A stretch of DNA of 64,000 bases, taken from the NCBI GenBank assembly GCA_016209015.1, contig JACQWY010000011.1, positions 40,922-104,921 of the forward strand, read 5' to 3'. This document shows positions 40,127 through 48,681 of this stretch, in pieces (within the stretch, counting starts at the first letter, position 1; each line of letters begins with the position of its first letter). The notes under the pieces were generated by a model. The model saw only the letters and a list, made by a program, of their open reading frames with translations, had not been told where the DNA came from and made no database searches. The DNA is from Gammaproteobacteria bacterium (GTDB lineage: Bacteria; Pseudomonadota; Gammaproteobacteria; Ga0077536). Position numbers and translations under genes: made by a program.

Positions 40127-40299
40127 GAGGGAGTCCTCGGGCGGCGCTGCTGGCGCCGCCCTTGCCGGTCGATGTTCACGGAATGGTTCGAATCTTCATA
40201 GGATGCCGACGAAGGAGGGGCGGCGATCGCGGTATTCGGCCCTTGCTCGGCGTCGCGAGCCCTTCGATGATCGCTCTGCAAGCCGGGGTATGACCCGCA

Positions 40300-40367
40300 T
40301 GGATAACTCGCTGACGCGAGTTATCCACACGCGTCAGACCCCGGCACCACACGCGTCAGACCCCGGC
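40300..40367. repeat. REP-like perfect hairpin followed by a 21-bp direct repeat
   Basis: TGGATAACTCGC-TGAC-GCGAGTTATCCA (40300-40327); CCACACGCGTCAGACCCCGGC at 40325-40345 and 40347-40367. Confidence 0.75.
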
Positions 40368-40380
40368 CCCCTGCGCCTGC

Positions 40381-41742
40381 TCAAAACGGCATGCGCGGCG
40401 GCATCTGGCCCTTCATGCCGCGGATGAGATTCTTCAGGCCGCCCTTCTTCGAGACTTTCTTCATCATCTTCTGCATCTGATCGAACTGCTTCAGCAGCCG
40501 GTTGATGTCCTGCACCTGCGTGCCGGAGCCCGTCGCGATGCGGCGCTTGCGCGAGGCCTTGATGATCGCCGGAAAGCGGCGCTCCTGCGGCGTCATCGAA
40601 TCGATGATCGCGGCGAGGCGGGTCAGCTCCTTGTCGTTGACGCGGCTCTTGACGTGATCGGGGAGCTCGGCCGTGCCCGGCAGTTTGCCCATGAGCGCGG
40701 CGAGGCCGCCCATGTTCTTCATCTGGTCGAGCTGTTCGCGGAAGTCGAGGAGATCGAAACCCTTGCCCTTGGAGAGCTTCTCGGCGACCTTCGCCGCCTT
40801 CTCCTTGTCGACCTTCTGCTCGACTTCCTCGATGAGCGTCAATACGTCGCCCATGCCGAGGATGCGCGAGGCCATGCGATCCGGATGGAAGGGTTCGAGC
40901 GCGTGTGTCTTCTCGCCGACGCCGATGAACTTGATCGGCTTGCCGGTGACATGGCGCACCGACAGCGCGGCGCCGCCGCGGGCATCGCCATCGGTCTTTG
41001 TGAGTACCACACCGCTGAGCGGCAGCGCCTCGTTGAACGCGCGCGCCGTGTTCACCGCGTCCTGACCCATCATGGAGTCGATGACGAACAGCGTTTCCTT
41101 GGGATTCAGCGCGGTGTGGAGGTCCTTGATCTCCTGCATCATCTCGTCGTCGATGTGCAGGCGTCCCGCGGTATCGACGATGAGGACGTCCTTGAACTGA
41201 CGGCGCGCCTGGTCGAGCGCAGACAGCGCGATGTCGCGCGGCTTCGCGTTCGCGGCACTCGGGTAGAACTCGACGCCGATCTCCTCGGCGAGCACGCGCA
41301 ACTGCTCGATGGCCGCGGGACGATAGACGTCGCAGCTCACGACCGCGACGCTCTTCCTCTCGTTCTCCTTGAGGCGCTTGGCGAGCTTCGCGGCACTCGT
41401 CGTCTTGCCCGAGCCCTGGAGGCCGGCCAGCAGGATCACGACCGGCGGCTGGGCCGCGTAGTCGATGCCGACACCGCTCTCGCCCATCAGCAGCGTGAGC
41501 TCGTCGCGCACCACGCGGATGAGCGCCTGCCCGGGCGTCAGATTGCCGATGACGTCCTGACCGAGCGCCTTCGCCCGCACGCCGTCCATGAACGCTCGCA
41601 CGACCGGCAGCGCGACGTCGGCTTCGAGCAGCGCCATGCGCACTTCGCGCAGCGTGGCGTCGATGTTCTCTTCGGTGAGCCGCGCCTGACCGCGCAGCTT
41701 CTTGACGACCGCTGTCAGGCGGTCACTGAGATTCTCAAACAT
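40381..41742 (-). CDS. ffh: Signal recognition particle protein
   Basis: MFENLSDRL, GLQGSGKTT, DTAGR, TKTDGDARGGAALS, RMASRILGMGD, M domain. Confidence 0.98.
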   Translation of the reverse strand: MFENLSDRLTAVVKKLRGQARLTEENIDATLREVRMALLEADVALPVVRAFMDGVRAKALGQDVIGNLTPGQALIRVVRDELTLLMGESGVGIDYAAQPPVVILLAGLQGSGKTTSAAKLAKRLKENERKSVAVVSCDVYRPAAIEQLRVLAEEIGVEFYPSAANAKPRDIALSALDQARRQFKDVLIVDTAGRLHIDDEMMQEIKDLHTALNPKETLFVIDSMMGQDAVNTARAFNEALPLSGVVLTKTDGDARGGAALSVRHVTGKPIKFIGVGEKTHALEPFHPDRMASRILGMGDVLTLIEEVEQKVDKEKAAKVAEKLSKGKGFDLLDFREQLDQMKNMGGLAALMGKLPGTAELPDHVKSRVNDKELTRLAAIIDSMTPQERRFPAIIKASRKRRIATGSGTQVQDINRLLKQFDQMQKMMKKVSKKGGLKNLIRGMKGQMPPRMPF

Positions 41743-41771
41743 GGTTCGTATGCTTCACTCGTTGCGGTCGC

Positions 41772-42860
41772 TCACCAGCCTTCCATGACTTCCTCGAACG
41801 GAAAGCGCAGACCGACCGTGTTCCACACCTCGGCGACGCGCTTCACGACCGGCTCGGCCTTGCGGAACCACTCGGGGTGCCGCGCGTGATTGTCGAAGAC
41901 CTCGAAGGACTCCGGCTTCGGATCGCGATGCCCGAAGCGGTAGTAGAAGGACTTCACGAGATCCTCCATGCGCTCCTTGCCATAGGCGACGATGATGATG
42001 TCGCGGCTCGCGGAGAGACCGGTCGTCGCGACGTAATAGTGGTATTGCTCCCAATAGCGCAGGTAGGCGTCGAAGTAATCGGTGTTCGCGATCTCTTCCG
42101 GGTCGACGCCCGTGTACACGAGGTCGCGCCGCGCCCACTCTTCTATGTTGCCGCGGACCGCGAACTTGCCGTTCGCCGGCCAGCCGCCGGATTTCTCGTA
42201 GGTGGAGATGCACGACGTGACGGGATGGCGGACGGTCAGTATGTTCTCGACGGCGTGCCCGAGGATGCGATGGAAGAAGCCGCCGGCGTAAGTCCCCTTC
42301 GTGAGCTTCTTCGGCACGACGATCTTGCCGGAATGCGGTTTGTTCTTCCCGAAGTAGAGCTCGACCATCGTCAGGTACTCGGCCATCGTCTGCAGGCTCG
42401 TCGTCCAGGAGTTCACGCCGCGATCGAACGTGAACGGTCCGGCTTCGGGGAACCCGTCGTGCGCGATTACGTTCGGCACGCGGTCGGGGTGGAAGCCGAG
42501 CGCCCGGTAGATCTCCTTCGTCAGATACGAGCCGCCGTTGCGCGGCACGCCGATGATGTTGATGAAATGGAAACGAAGCTGGATATCCTTGATGAGCTCG
42601 ACGTCGCCGGTCATGAGCGCGACGAGGAGCTGATAGGCGCGGCCGATCGCCTGCTGGCCGACGGCGTTCGAGAGCACGAGCGTCGCGTTGTCGGTCGCGC
42701 TGCGCACGAGGCGGGCCTGTTCGTTCGTCAGCGCCTCGGAGAGCTGATCGCCCCACACCGCGCCTTCGAAGGGCACCTCGGCGACGATGTGGTAGAGAAA
42801 ATCAATGAAAACGGGCGATACGGGCAGCTCCCGATCGCTCAGCTTGATCTCGACACCCAT
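41772..42860 (-). CDS. PAPS-dependent sulfotransferase-fold protein
   Basis: 5'-PSB-like IIGVPRNGGSYL and 3'-PB-like TVRHPVTSCIS motifs; ~95-aa helical N-terminal extension; no signal peptide. Confidence 0.72.
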   Translation of the reverse strand: MGVEIKLSDRELPVSPVFIDFLYHIVAEVPFEGAVWGDQLSEALTNEQARLVRSATDNATLVLSNAVGQQAIGRAYQLLVALMTGDVELIKDIQLRFHFINIIGVPRNGGSYLTKEIYRALGFHPDRVPNVIAHDGFPEAGPFTFDRGVNSWTTSLQTMAEYLTMVELYFGKNKPHSGKIVVPKKLTKGTYAGGFFHRILGHAVENILTVRHPVTSCISTYEKSGGWPANGKFAVRGNIEEWARRDLVYTGVDPEEIANTDYFDAYLRYWEQYHYYVATTGLSASRDIIIVAYGKERMEDLVKSFYYRFGHRDPKPESFEVFDNHARHPEWFRKAEPVVKRVAEVWNTVGLRFPFEEVMEGW

Positions 42861-42941
42861 GGGGAATCCTGGTTCCGGATTGAGGCTGCATGGTAAGAGG
42901 GACGCCCGGGCGGTTCAAGCGAACCGGGACGTCGCGCGCGC

Positions 42942-43676
42942 CTAACTCCTTGAACGCGCGGCCTCGCGATCCAGCAGCGCCGCGAAGTTGTCGAGCGACA
43001 TCAAGTGCGCATAGAGACGCGCGAGCCAGCCGCGCGTCATCAACTCGCGAAGGTTCGCCACCGGCAGCTCGTTCAGCTTCACTTCGGCGACGCGCAGCAT
43101 CCCGGTGAGGCGTTTGCGCGGCGCGGCGTTGGGATTGATGTCCGCTTCGAAAGGCTCGAGCAGGCCGAGGTCGTCTATCAGCTTCGCGAATTCGTTCGTC
43201 TGCTCGCGCGCCGCGTCGAAATCCTCGATGAGACGCCGCAGCGGGTCCCACGCCGGTGTCGGCTCGCCTCGCGCGTCGAGGAGCACGGGCGCGGCGTGCT
43301 GATCGAGACCGCTCTCTTCGACGAGTATCAGCGACTGCGCACGTCCTTCCGGGTCCGTGACGCGAGCGGTGTGGAACGGATAGCGCCGCACGTAGGCCGG
43401 ACAATACGCTTCGGGCACCCACCGGCCCTCCTGCACGAACAAATTCACGCCCGGCTCGAGCCCGGTCAGCACTACGGGCTGCGGCAGGTTCGCCTCGTCG
43501 CGCGCGAAGACGATGGGGTAGGAGCGCGCGGCCGGCACGAATTCCGGCACGGTCAGGTAGAACGAGTGAAGTGTCGCGGCGAAACTCTGCGCGCCGGCAT
43601 GGATACCGCGCAGGCGATGTTTCGTCTTGTCGAATGGGGCGACCGCCCGGTAGCCCGGCGGTGCGGGGATCGCCAT
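42942..43676 (-). CDS. SapC family protein (copy 2)
   Basis: EFVPAARSYPIVF, PVVLTGL, YCPAYVRRYPF, LYAHLMSLDNF. Confidence 0.88.
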   Translation of the reverse strand: MAIPAPPGYRAVAPFDKTKHRLRGIHAGAQSFAATLHSFYLTVPEFVPAARSYPIVFARDEANLPQPVVLTGLEPGVNLFVQEGRWVPEAYCPAYVRRYPFHTARVTDPEGRAQSLILVEESGLDQHAAPVLLDARGEPTPAWDPLRRLIEDFDAAREQTNEFAKLIDDLGLLEPFEADINPNAAPRKRLTGMLRVAEVKLNELPVANLRELMTRGWLARLYAHLMSLDNFAALLDREAARSRS

Positions 43677-43689
43677 CGTCGGCCGTGGC

Positions 43690-44391
43690 TTACTGGCAGT
43701 CCTGCGGATTCGCGGCGGGCGTCGGATCGTGCGTGACCGGATTTCCCGAGCCGAGCGTGACGTTCGTCGGCGGGCCGCCGCGCTGGTCGACGAAGCCCCC
43801 CATGCCCTGCTCGAAGCCGAGCCTGCCGCCCTGCAGACCCGTCACGTCGATGCTGCCCTGGTGCACCTTGAAGTAGAGGCCCGGCTTCGGCTTGATGCCC
43901 ATGTCCGGGCAGCCGTCGGTGCAGTCGATCGCCTCGACGTCCGTGCCGCGGATCCCGATTGTCGCCACCGCCGTGCGATAACGGATTCCGGCGTGATTGC
44001 GCTGACCGATCAAACCGGTCACGGCCCGGAAGCCGCCCTTCAGCAGATTGAAGAAGCCGCGACTCTCGTTCGCGTTGTCGCTCAGCTTGTAGTCCTCGAT
44101 CTGGAAACGCGTGCTCGGACGCAGCACGATGAAGCTGCCGTCGGAGAGCTTCATGCGCATGAAGCTGTTCGTCGCAGTCACGACCGTATCGCCCGTGTTG
44201 ACGGGATGACCCTGCTGGAGATTGCGGATGTCGCCTTCCGAGGTCGCGGCCTGCGCCTTCCCGGTCAGTGTCACGACTTCGCCGGCCTTGTCGACCGCGT
44301 AGACCGCGGGCAGCGCGCCCATGATTCCGGCAAAGAGCAGGGCCCCGAGGCCTCCCGCGACGGTCTTGCGTCTGGCGCCTGCGTTCATCAT
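43690..44391 (-). CDS. Stand-alone FecR-domain exported protein
   Basis: Signal/anchor helix; GDTVVT, LSDGS-IVLRPST, LLKGGFRAVTG, T-VATIGIRGT; ATG 44391 overlaps the tpsA2 TGA (ATGA coupling); ORF track starts 44397. Confidence 0.88.
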   Translation of the reverse strand: MMNAGARRKTVAGGLGALLFAGIMGALPAVYAVDKAGEVVTLTGKAQAATSEGDIRNLQQGHPVNTGDTVVTATNSFMRMKLSDGSFIVLRPSTRFQIEDYKLSDNANESRGFFNLLKGGFRAVTGLIGQRNHAGIRYRTAVATIGIRGTDVEAIDCTDGCPDMGIKPKPGLYFKVHQGSIDVTGLQGGRLGFEQGMGGFVDQRGGPPTNVTLGSGNPVTHDPTPAANPQDCQ

Positions 44392-47300
44392 TGGCATAGC
44401 TGACCCTTGTTCGATTGTTGCGTGATTAGCCCGTCGCCACCACCGCCTTCGCCTTCTTCGCCCGTGTCGACGTTGTTGCGCCGCTCGTCATCTTCCGTCG
44501 TCGTGTCGTCGCTGAATTCATCCACGACCGGTGCCTTGAAGACCTCGGTGACCGGCGCGAGCAGGAGCTCGAGATCCGCGATGAAGCCCGTCGACAACAC
44601 GTTCTTGATGCCGCTGACGCCGCCGGTCGTCGCGAAGAGGATGTTCTGATCGCCGATATCGAACGCGCCACCCGAGCCGATCGTGATCTTGCCCGTCTGC
44701 TTGCCCCCCGGCAGCGACAGGCCGCCGATCAGGATCGTCGTGCCCGGCAGGGTCTTGAAGTTCGTATCGGCGTAGAAGCCGGTACCGGCCATGCCGGAAA
44801 CGTACGTGCCCTCGACCGCGATGGGATTCGTGTGGGTGTAGGCCGCGTACTGCGCGATGAAGCTCACCTTGGTCGGGTTGATGCTCTGGACTGGCCCGGT
44901 CAGTACCGGCCCATCCGACTGGAACACCACATACGGCGTATCCGGATCGTCGAATTTGAGGCCGCCGGAGGCGCCGCTGTGACCGAAGCCCGAGGCGCCA
45001 ATCATGATGCCGCCCTGCGCGCGGAACACCGCGTTAGGACCCACCCCGACCTTGCCCTGGTACTCCGGCACCGGGAGATGCTGGCCGTCGGGACGCACTG
45101 CGAGCGACAACGCCTTGATCGTCAGCTCGTCACCGAGCTTCGCCGGCAGCGGCACGTCACCGATCAAGACGGAACCCGGGATGAACAATCCGCCGTTGTT
45201 GACCTCGACGTAGAGGTTCTTCGCGGCGAAATCGCCGACGATGAGCGTGTTGCCGCCGAAGCCGAATTTAGTCTCGCCCAGCATGGCGGTACCGGAGCTC
45301 GAACCGCGGGCCGAGCTGCCCAGGCCGATGCTCGAGGGCAAGGCGAACTGAGAGCTCAGGTAGAGGACGGTCTGGCCCGCGTACGTCCGATTGTCTATCG
45401 CGACGGCCGGTGCGAATGTGCCGGGCACGGCGAAATTGATCATCGGTGCGTTCGTCTGCACGCTGACCGGCCCACCGCCGTCGTCGCCGATGAACACTTC
45501 CGTGTTCGCGATGAGAATGCCGGCGCCGATGGTCTGGATGCCGCCTGCGCCACCGTTCCGAACCTGCACGTATCCGGAGGAGCCGCCGACGGCGGCAACC
45601 GGCCCGCCGATCGTGATCGCCCCGGCCGAGGTGTTGCGGATGCGGACGCCCGCGAAGCTCGGCCCGGTCGCGACGATCGTTCCGGCAACCGAGACACCGC
45701 TCTGGCCGAGGATATCGACCGCCGCACCGCTGTAGCTGGAACCGCCGTAACTCGTGCTACCGAGGTAACCGGACCCCGTCCCGCGCACGGAAATGCCGCT
45801 CTTCACCGCGACCGTCGCGCCCCTGAGTTGAACGAGCGCGTTCGAACTCGCTGCGGACGCCGTGATCGCGCCGTTGACAGCAATCGAGCCCGTGGCGCTG
45901 ACGCGGATAATCTGCTGCCACTTCCCGACCGCACTCATCGCGCCGCCGACCGTGATGTTGCCGCCGGAGCTGTCGTTGTAGAGGCTGATCCATCCGCTGC
46001 CGCCGGTGTTGGCCACGCTGAGGTTGCCGCCGATGGCGATGTTGCCCGCGCCCTGGTTCTTCACGTAGATGGAAGAGCTCGAGCTCGCGGCGGTCGCGGT
46101 CATGTTGCCGCTGACGTTGATGCCTCCACCGTTCCAGTTCTCGATGTCGATCCAGGCTCCGGAGTCCCCACCGGTCACGGTGACGCTGCCGTTGACGTTG
46201 ATCGCTCCCCCGCCCGAATTGTGTACGTACACCGAGCCGCTCGCGGAAGAGGAGGCTCCGCCGTTCGCCGTGAGATTGCCGTTGATCGCGATGCCGCCGC
46301 CGTTCGCGGAGTTGCCGATATCGATCGAGGCGTCGCCGCGCGTGGCCGTTGCCAGCACATTGCCGGTGATCTGCACGTTGCCGGTCGAGAAATTGTGCGC
46401 GGAGATGCTGGCCGAACCGCCGGTCGCCGTGATGTTGCCGTTGACGACGAGACCGTTCTGAGCGTTCAGATCGATGCTGGCACTGCCATAGGACGCGGCG
46501 GTTGCCACGGTGATGGCGCCGTTCAGGTTCAGGCTCGTGCCGTCCATGCGCAGCCGCGCGTCCCCCGAAGCCTGCACGGTGCGAACCGTGATGGCACCAC
46601 TCGTCACGACCGGGCCCGACGATGCGTTGAAACGCAATCCCGCCCCGTACGATCCCGTGACCGACACCGCGCCGGTGACACCGATGTGCGTCGCGGCCTG
46701 TATGTTCAGCATCGCGCCGCCGAAATACGCGCCGCTGTTCGAGCCACCGCTGAAGCCGCTGAGCGTGGCACCTTGCGCGACGTCTACGGAATTGCCGGAG
46801 AGGCTCACAAGCGAGTAAACGCCCGTGTTCGGAATGGCGATCGCGCTGATCGGACCGGCCACCGTCAGATGAGCACCAGTGGCGGCGATATCCGCCTTCA
46901 ACGCGCCGCTGCCCGTGAGCGTCAGCGAGCCCATCGTGACGTCGCCGTGGGCCGTGACCTGCACGCGGTTCGCGCTCACGTTGCCGAGTTGCACGACACC
47001 GGCGGTGCTGCCGGCCTGGGCGTTGAGCTGCCCCCTGAGCGCGATGTTCACGCCGGCGAGGTGGATATCGCCCGCGGCCGTGGGGAGAAACGTCGGGACA
47101 CCGCTGCACACACCGAAGGAGCACGCCCCGGAATAGTTGCCGATGCCGAGCCTCAGGTTGCCCGCGAGGCTGCCCGACGTCGCATCGACGGTCATCGGGC
47201 CGGCCGCGAAGATTTCGTTCGTCGCGATGAGGCTGACGTTCACACCTGATTTGAGCTGGTTCTCGATGAAGCTCTTGCCGACGGTCGTGAAGCTCGAGGC

Positions 47301-48554
47301 GAGGCTGCCGCTGCCGTTGCCGTACGACGGATTCGAGGCGTCATTCAGGATCTTCAAACGCGCCGGATCGATGAAGAGCTGGCCGCCCTTGCCGAGCTCG
47401 ACCTTGCCGCGCAGCGCGATGCTCTGGTGACCGCTGACCTCGACCGCGCCGCCAGTGCCGCCCTGGTCGCCACCGGTCGCGACGATGGTCGCGCCGGCCG
47501 CGAAATTCAGATGCCCGTCCGCGATCACGCGGACCGCGCCCCCGTTACCCGCAGCATCGCCGCTCGCATCGATCGTGGACTGCGGTGCGAGCGTCACGTC
47601 GTGGTCGCTGACTACGACGGCCTTGCCGCCGCTCTGGCCCTGCTCGCCCGCGACGTCGATCGTGCCGGCATTGACGACGTTGCCGCCACCCGCGGCGAGC
47701 ACGATCTCGCCCTCGTGTTCCTGGATGGAGCGCGCACGCATGAGCCCTTCGTTGTTCACCGCCGCCGCGGCGAGGCCGTCCGCGACTTTCGCCGTCATCA
47801 CCACGCGGCCGCCGTCGGCGACGATCTGGCCCGCGTTCTTCACGCCCGCGAGGGCGGAGACGGTCTTCTCGTCGACTGCGATGTTGACGAGGCCGTCCTG
47901 GTTGATGTCGAGCGTGATCTTGTTGCCGGAGGCGAGCGCGACGGTGCCGAGCTTCGCGCTGATGAGGCCGCTGTTGTCGGCGCGGTCGCCGAGCAGCGCG
48001 ACGAAACCGTCCGCGCCGTTCGTCGAAATCCGTCCTTCGTTCACCACGGAAGCACCGTCCGGACTGTTCGCGGTCTTCGTGAACACGTAACGGCCGTTCA
48101 TGAAATCGTCGTCGCGGATGTCCAGCACGCTCGCGGCGATCGCACCGACGTCCACCTGCGCGCCGGGTGCGAAATACACGCCGCGCGGGTTGACCAGGAA
48201 CACCCTGCCGTTCGCCTCGAGGCGGCCGAAGATGCTCGACATGTCGGGGCCGACGACGCGGTTCAGAATCGCGGCGTTCGTACCCGGCTGCACGAACTTC
48301 ACGTATTCGTTGCCGGCGATGGAGAACGACTGCCAGTTCATCACCGCCTGCTGGCTCGTCTGGGTGACGACGGTCGAGCCCGCATCCGGGCGTGCGACCG
48401 TGGCTGCACCGCCGAGGAGCTGCTCGCCGGCCGGACCGGCCAGCGCGAGACCCGGCAGCGCAGCGAGTGCGCCGTAGCCCAGCGCTATGCTCGTGCGGCT
48501 GCGAATGCCCGCCGCGATCGGCTTGAGAAAGAATTCCTGAGACGTGGCTGTCAT
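44388..48554 (-). CDS. Filamentous-haemagglutinin-like TpsA exoprotein (1388 aa)
   Basis: Signal peptide ending ALA-GP; TPS domain (MNWQSFSI, ILNRV, GRLEANGRVFLVNPRGVYF); Gly/Ser/Asn-rich beta-helix passenger; acidic tail ending GQLCQ. Confidence 0.93.
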   Translation of the reverse strand: MTATSQEFFLKPIAAGIRSRTSIALGYGALAALPGLALAGPAGEQLLGGAATVARPDAGSTVVTQTSQQAVMNWQSFSIAGNEYVKFVQPGTNAAILNRVVGPDMSSIFGRLEANGRVFLVNPRGVYFAPGAQVDVGAIAASVLDIRDDDFMNGRYVFTKTANSPDGASVVNEGRISTNGADGFVALLGDRADNSGLISAKLGTVALASGNKITLDINQDGLVNIAVDEKTVSALAGVKNAGQIVADGGRVVMTAKVADGLAAAAVNNEGLMRARSIQEHEGEIVLAAGGGNVVNAGTIDVAGEQGQSGGKAVVVSDHDVTLAPQSTIDASGDAAGNGGAVRVIADGHLNFAAGATIVATGGDQGGTGGAVEVSGHQSIALRGKVELGKGGQLFIDPARLKILNDASNPSYGNGSGSLASSFTTVGKSFIENQLKSGVNVSLIATNEIFAAGPMTVDATSGSLAGNLRLGIGNYSGACSFGVCSGVPTFLPTAAGDIHLAGVNIALRGQLNAQAGSTAGVVQLGNVSANRVQVTAHGDVTMGSLTLTGSGALKADIAATGAHLTVAGPISAIAIPNTGVYSLVSLSGNSVDVAQGATLSGFSGGSNSGAYFGGAMLNIQAATHIGVTGAVSVTGSYGAGLRFNASSGPVVTSGAITVRTVQASGDARLRMDGTSLNLNGAITVATAASYGSASIDLNAQNGLVVNGNITATGGSASISAHNFSTGNVQITGNVLATATRGDASIDIGNSANGGGIAINGNLTANGGASSSASGSVYVHNSGGGAINVNGSVTVTGGDSGAWIDIENWNGGGINVSGNMTATAASSSSSIYVKNQGAGNIAIGGNLSVANTGGSGWISLYNDSSGGNITVGGAMSAVGKWQQIIRVSATGSIAVNGAITASAASSNALVQLRGATVAVKSGISVRGTGSGYLGSTSYGGSSYSGAAVDILGQSGVSVAGTIVATGPSFAGVRIRNTSAGAITIGGPVAAVGGSSGYVQVRNGGAGGIQTIGAGILIANTEVFIGDDGGGPVSVQTNAPMINFAVPGTFAPAVAIDNRTYAGQTVLYLSSQFALPSSIGLGSSARGSSSGTAMLGETKFGFGGNTLIVGDFAAKNLYVEVNNGGLFIPGSVLIGDVPLPAKLGDELTIKALSLAVRPDGQHLPVPEYQGKVGVGPNAVFRAQGGIMIGASGFGHSGASGGLKFDDPDTPYVVFQSDGPVLTGPVQSINPTKVSFIAQYAAYTHTNPIAVEGTYVSGMAGTGFYADTNFKTLPGTTILIGGLSLPGGKQTGKITIGSGGAFDIGDQNILFATTGGVSGIKNVLSTGFIADLELLLAPVTEVFKAPVVDEFSDDTTTEDDERRNNVDTGEEGEGGGGDGLITQQSNKGQLCQ

Positions 48555-48681
48555 GTTGGATCACCCGCGGCGCGCGAGGACGCGCCTGATTCCTGCGTGA
48601 GTTCTCGTAATCCTAGTCGTGCCCGATCCAGAACGGCTGCGAATTACTTCACGCCCGGTCCCCCCGTTTCGGCACCTTTTA

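Noticed and set aside
40321-40329. Replication origin suggested by TTATCCACA
   Set aside because: Only one perfect box, no AT-rich unwinding element, and no dnaA/gidA context
47060-47090. TAAG (LapG-type cleavage motif) in TpsA2 just after the internal Cys pair
   Set aside because: Lies in the N-terminal half rather than near the C-terminus as in CdrA; a 4-aa match is expected by chance in an Ala/Gly/Thr-rich protein; no lapD/lapG in the window
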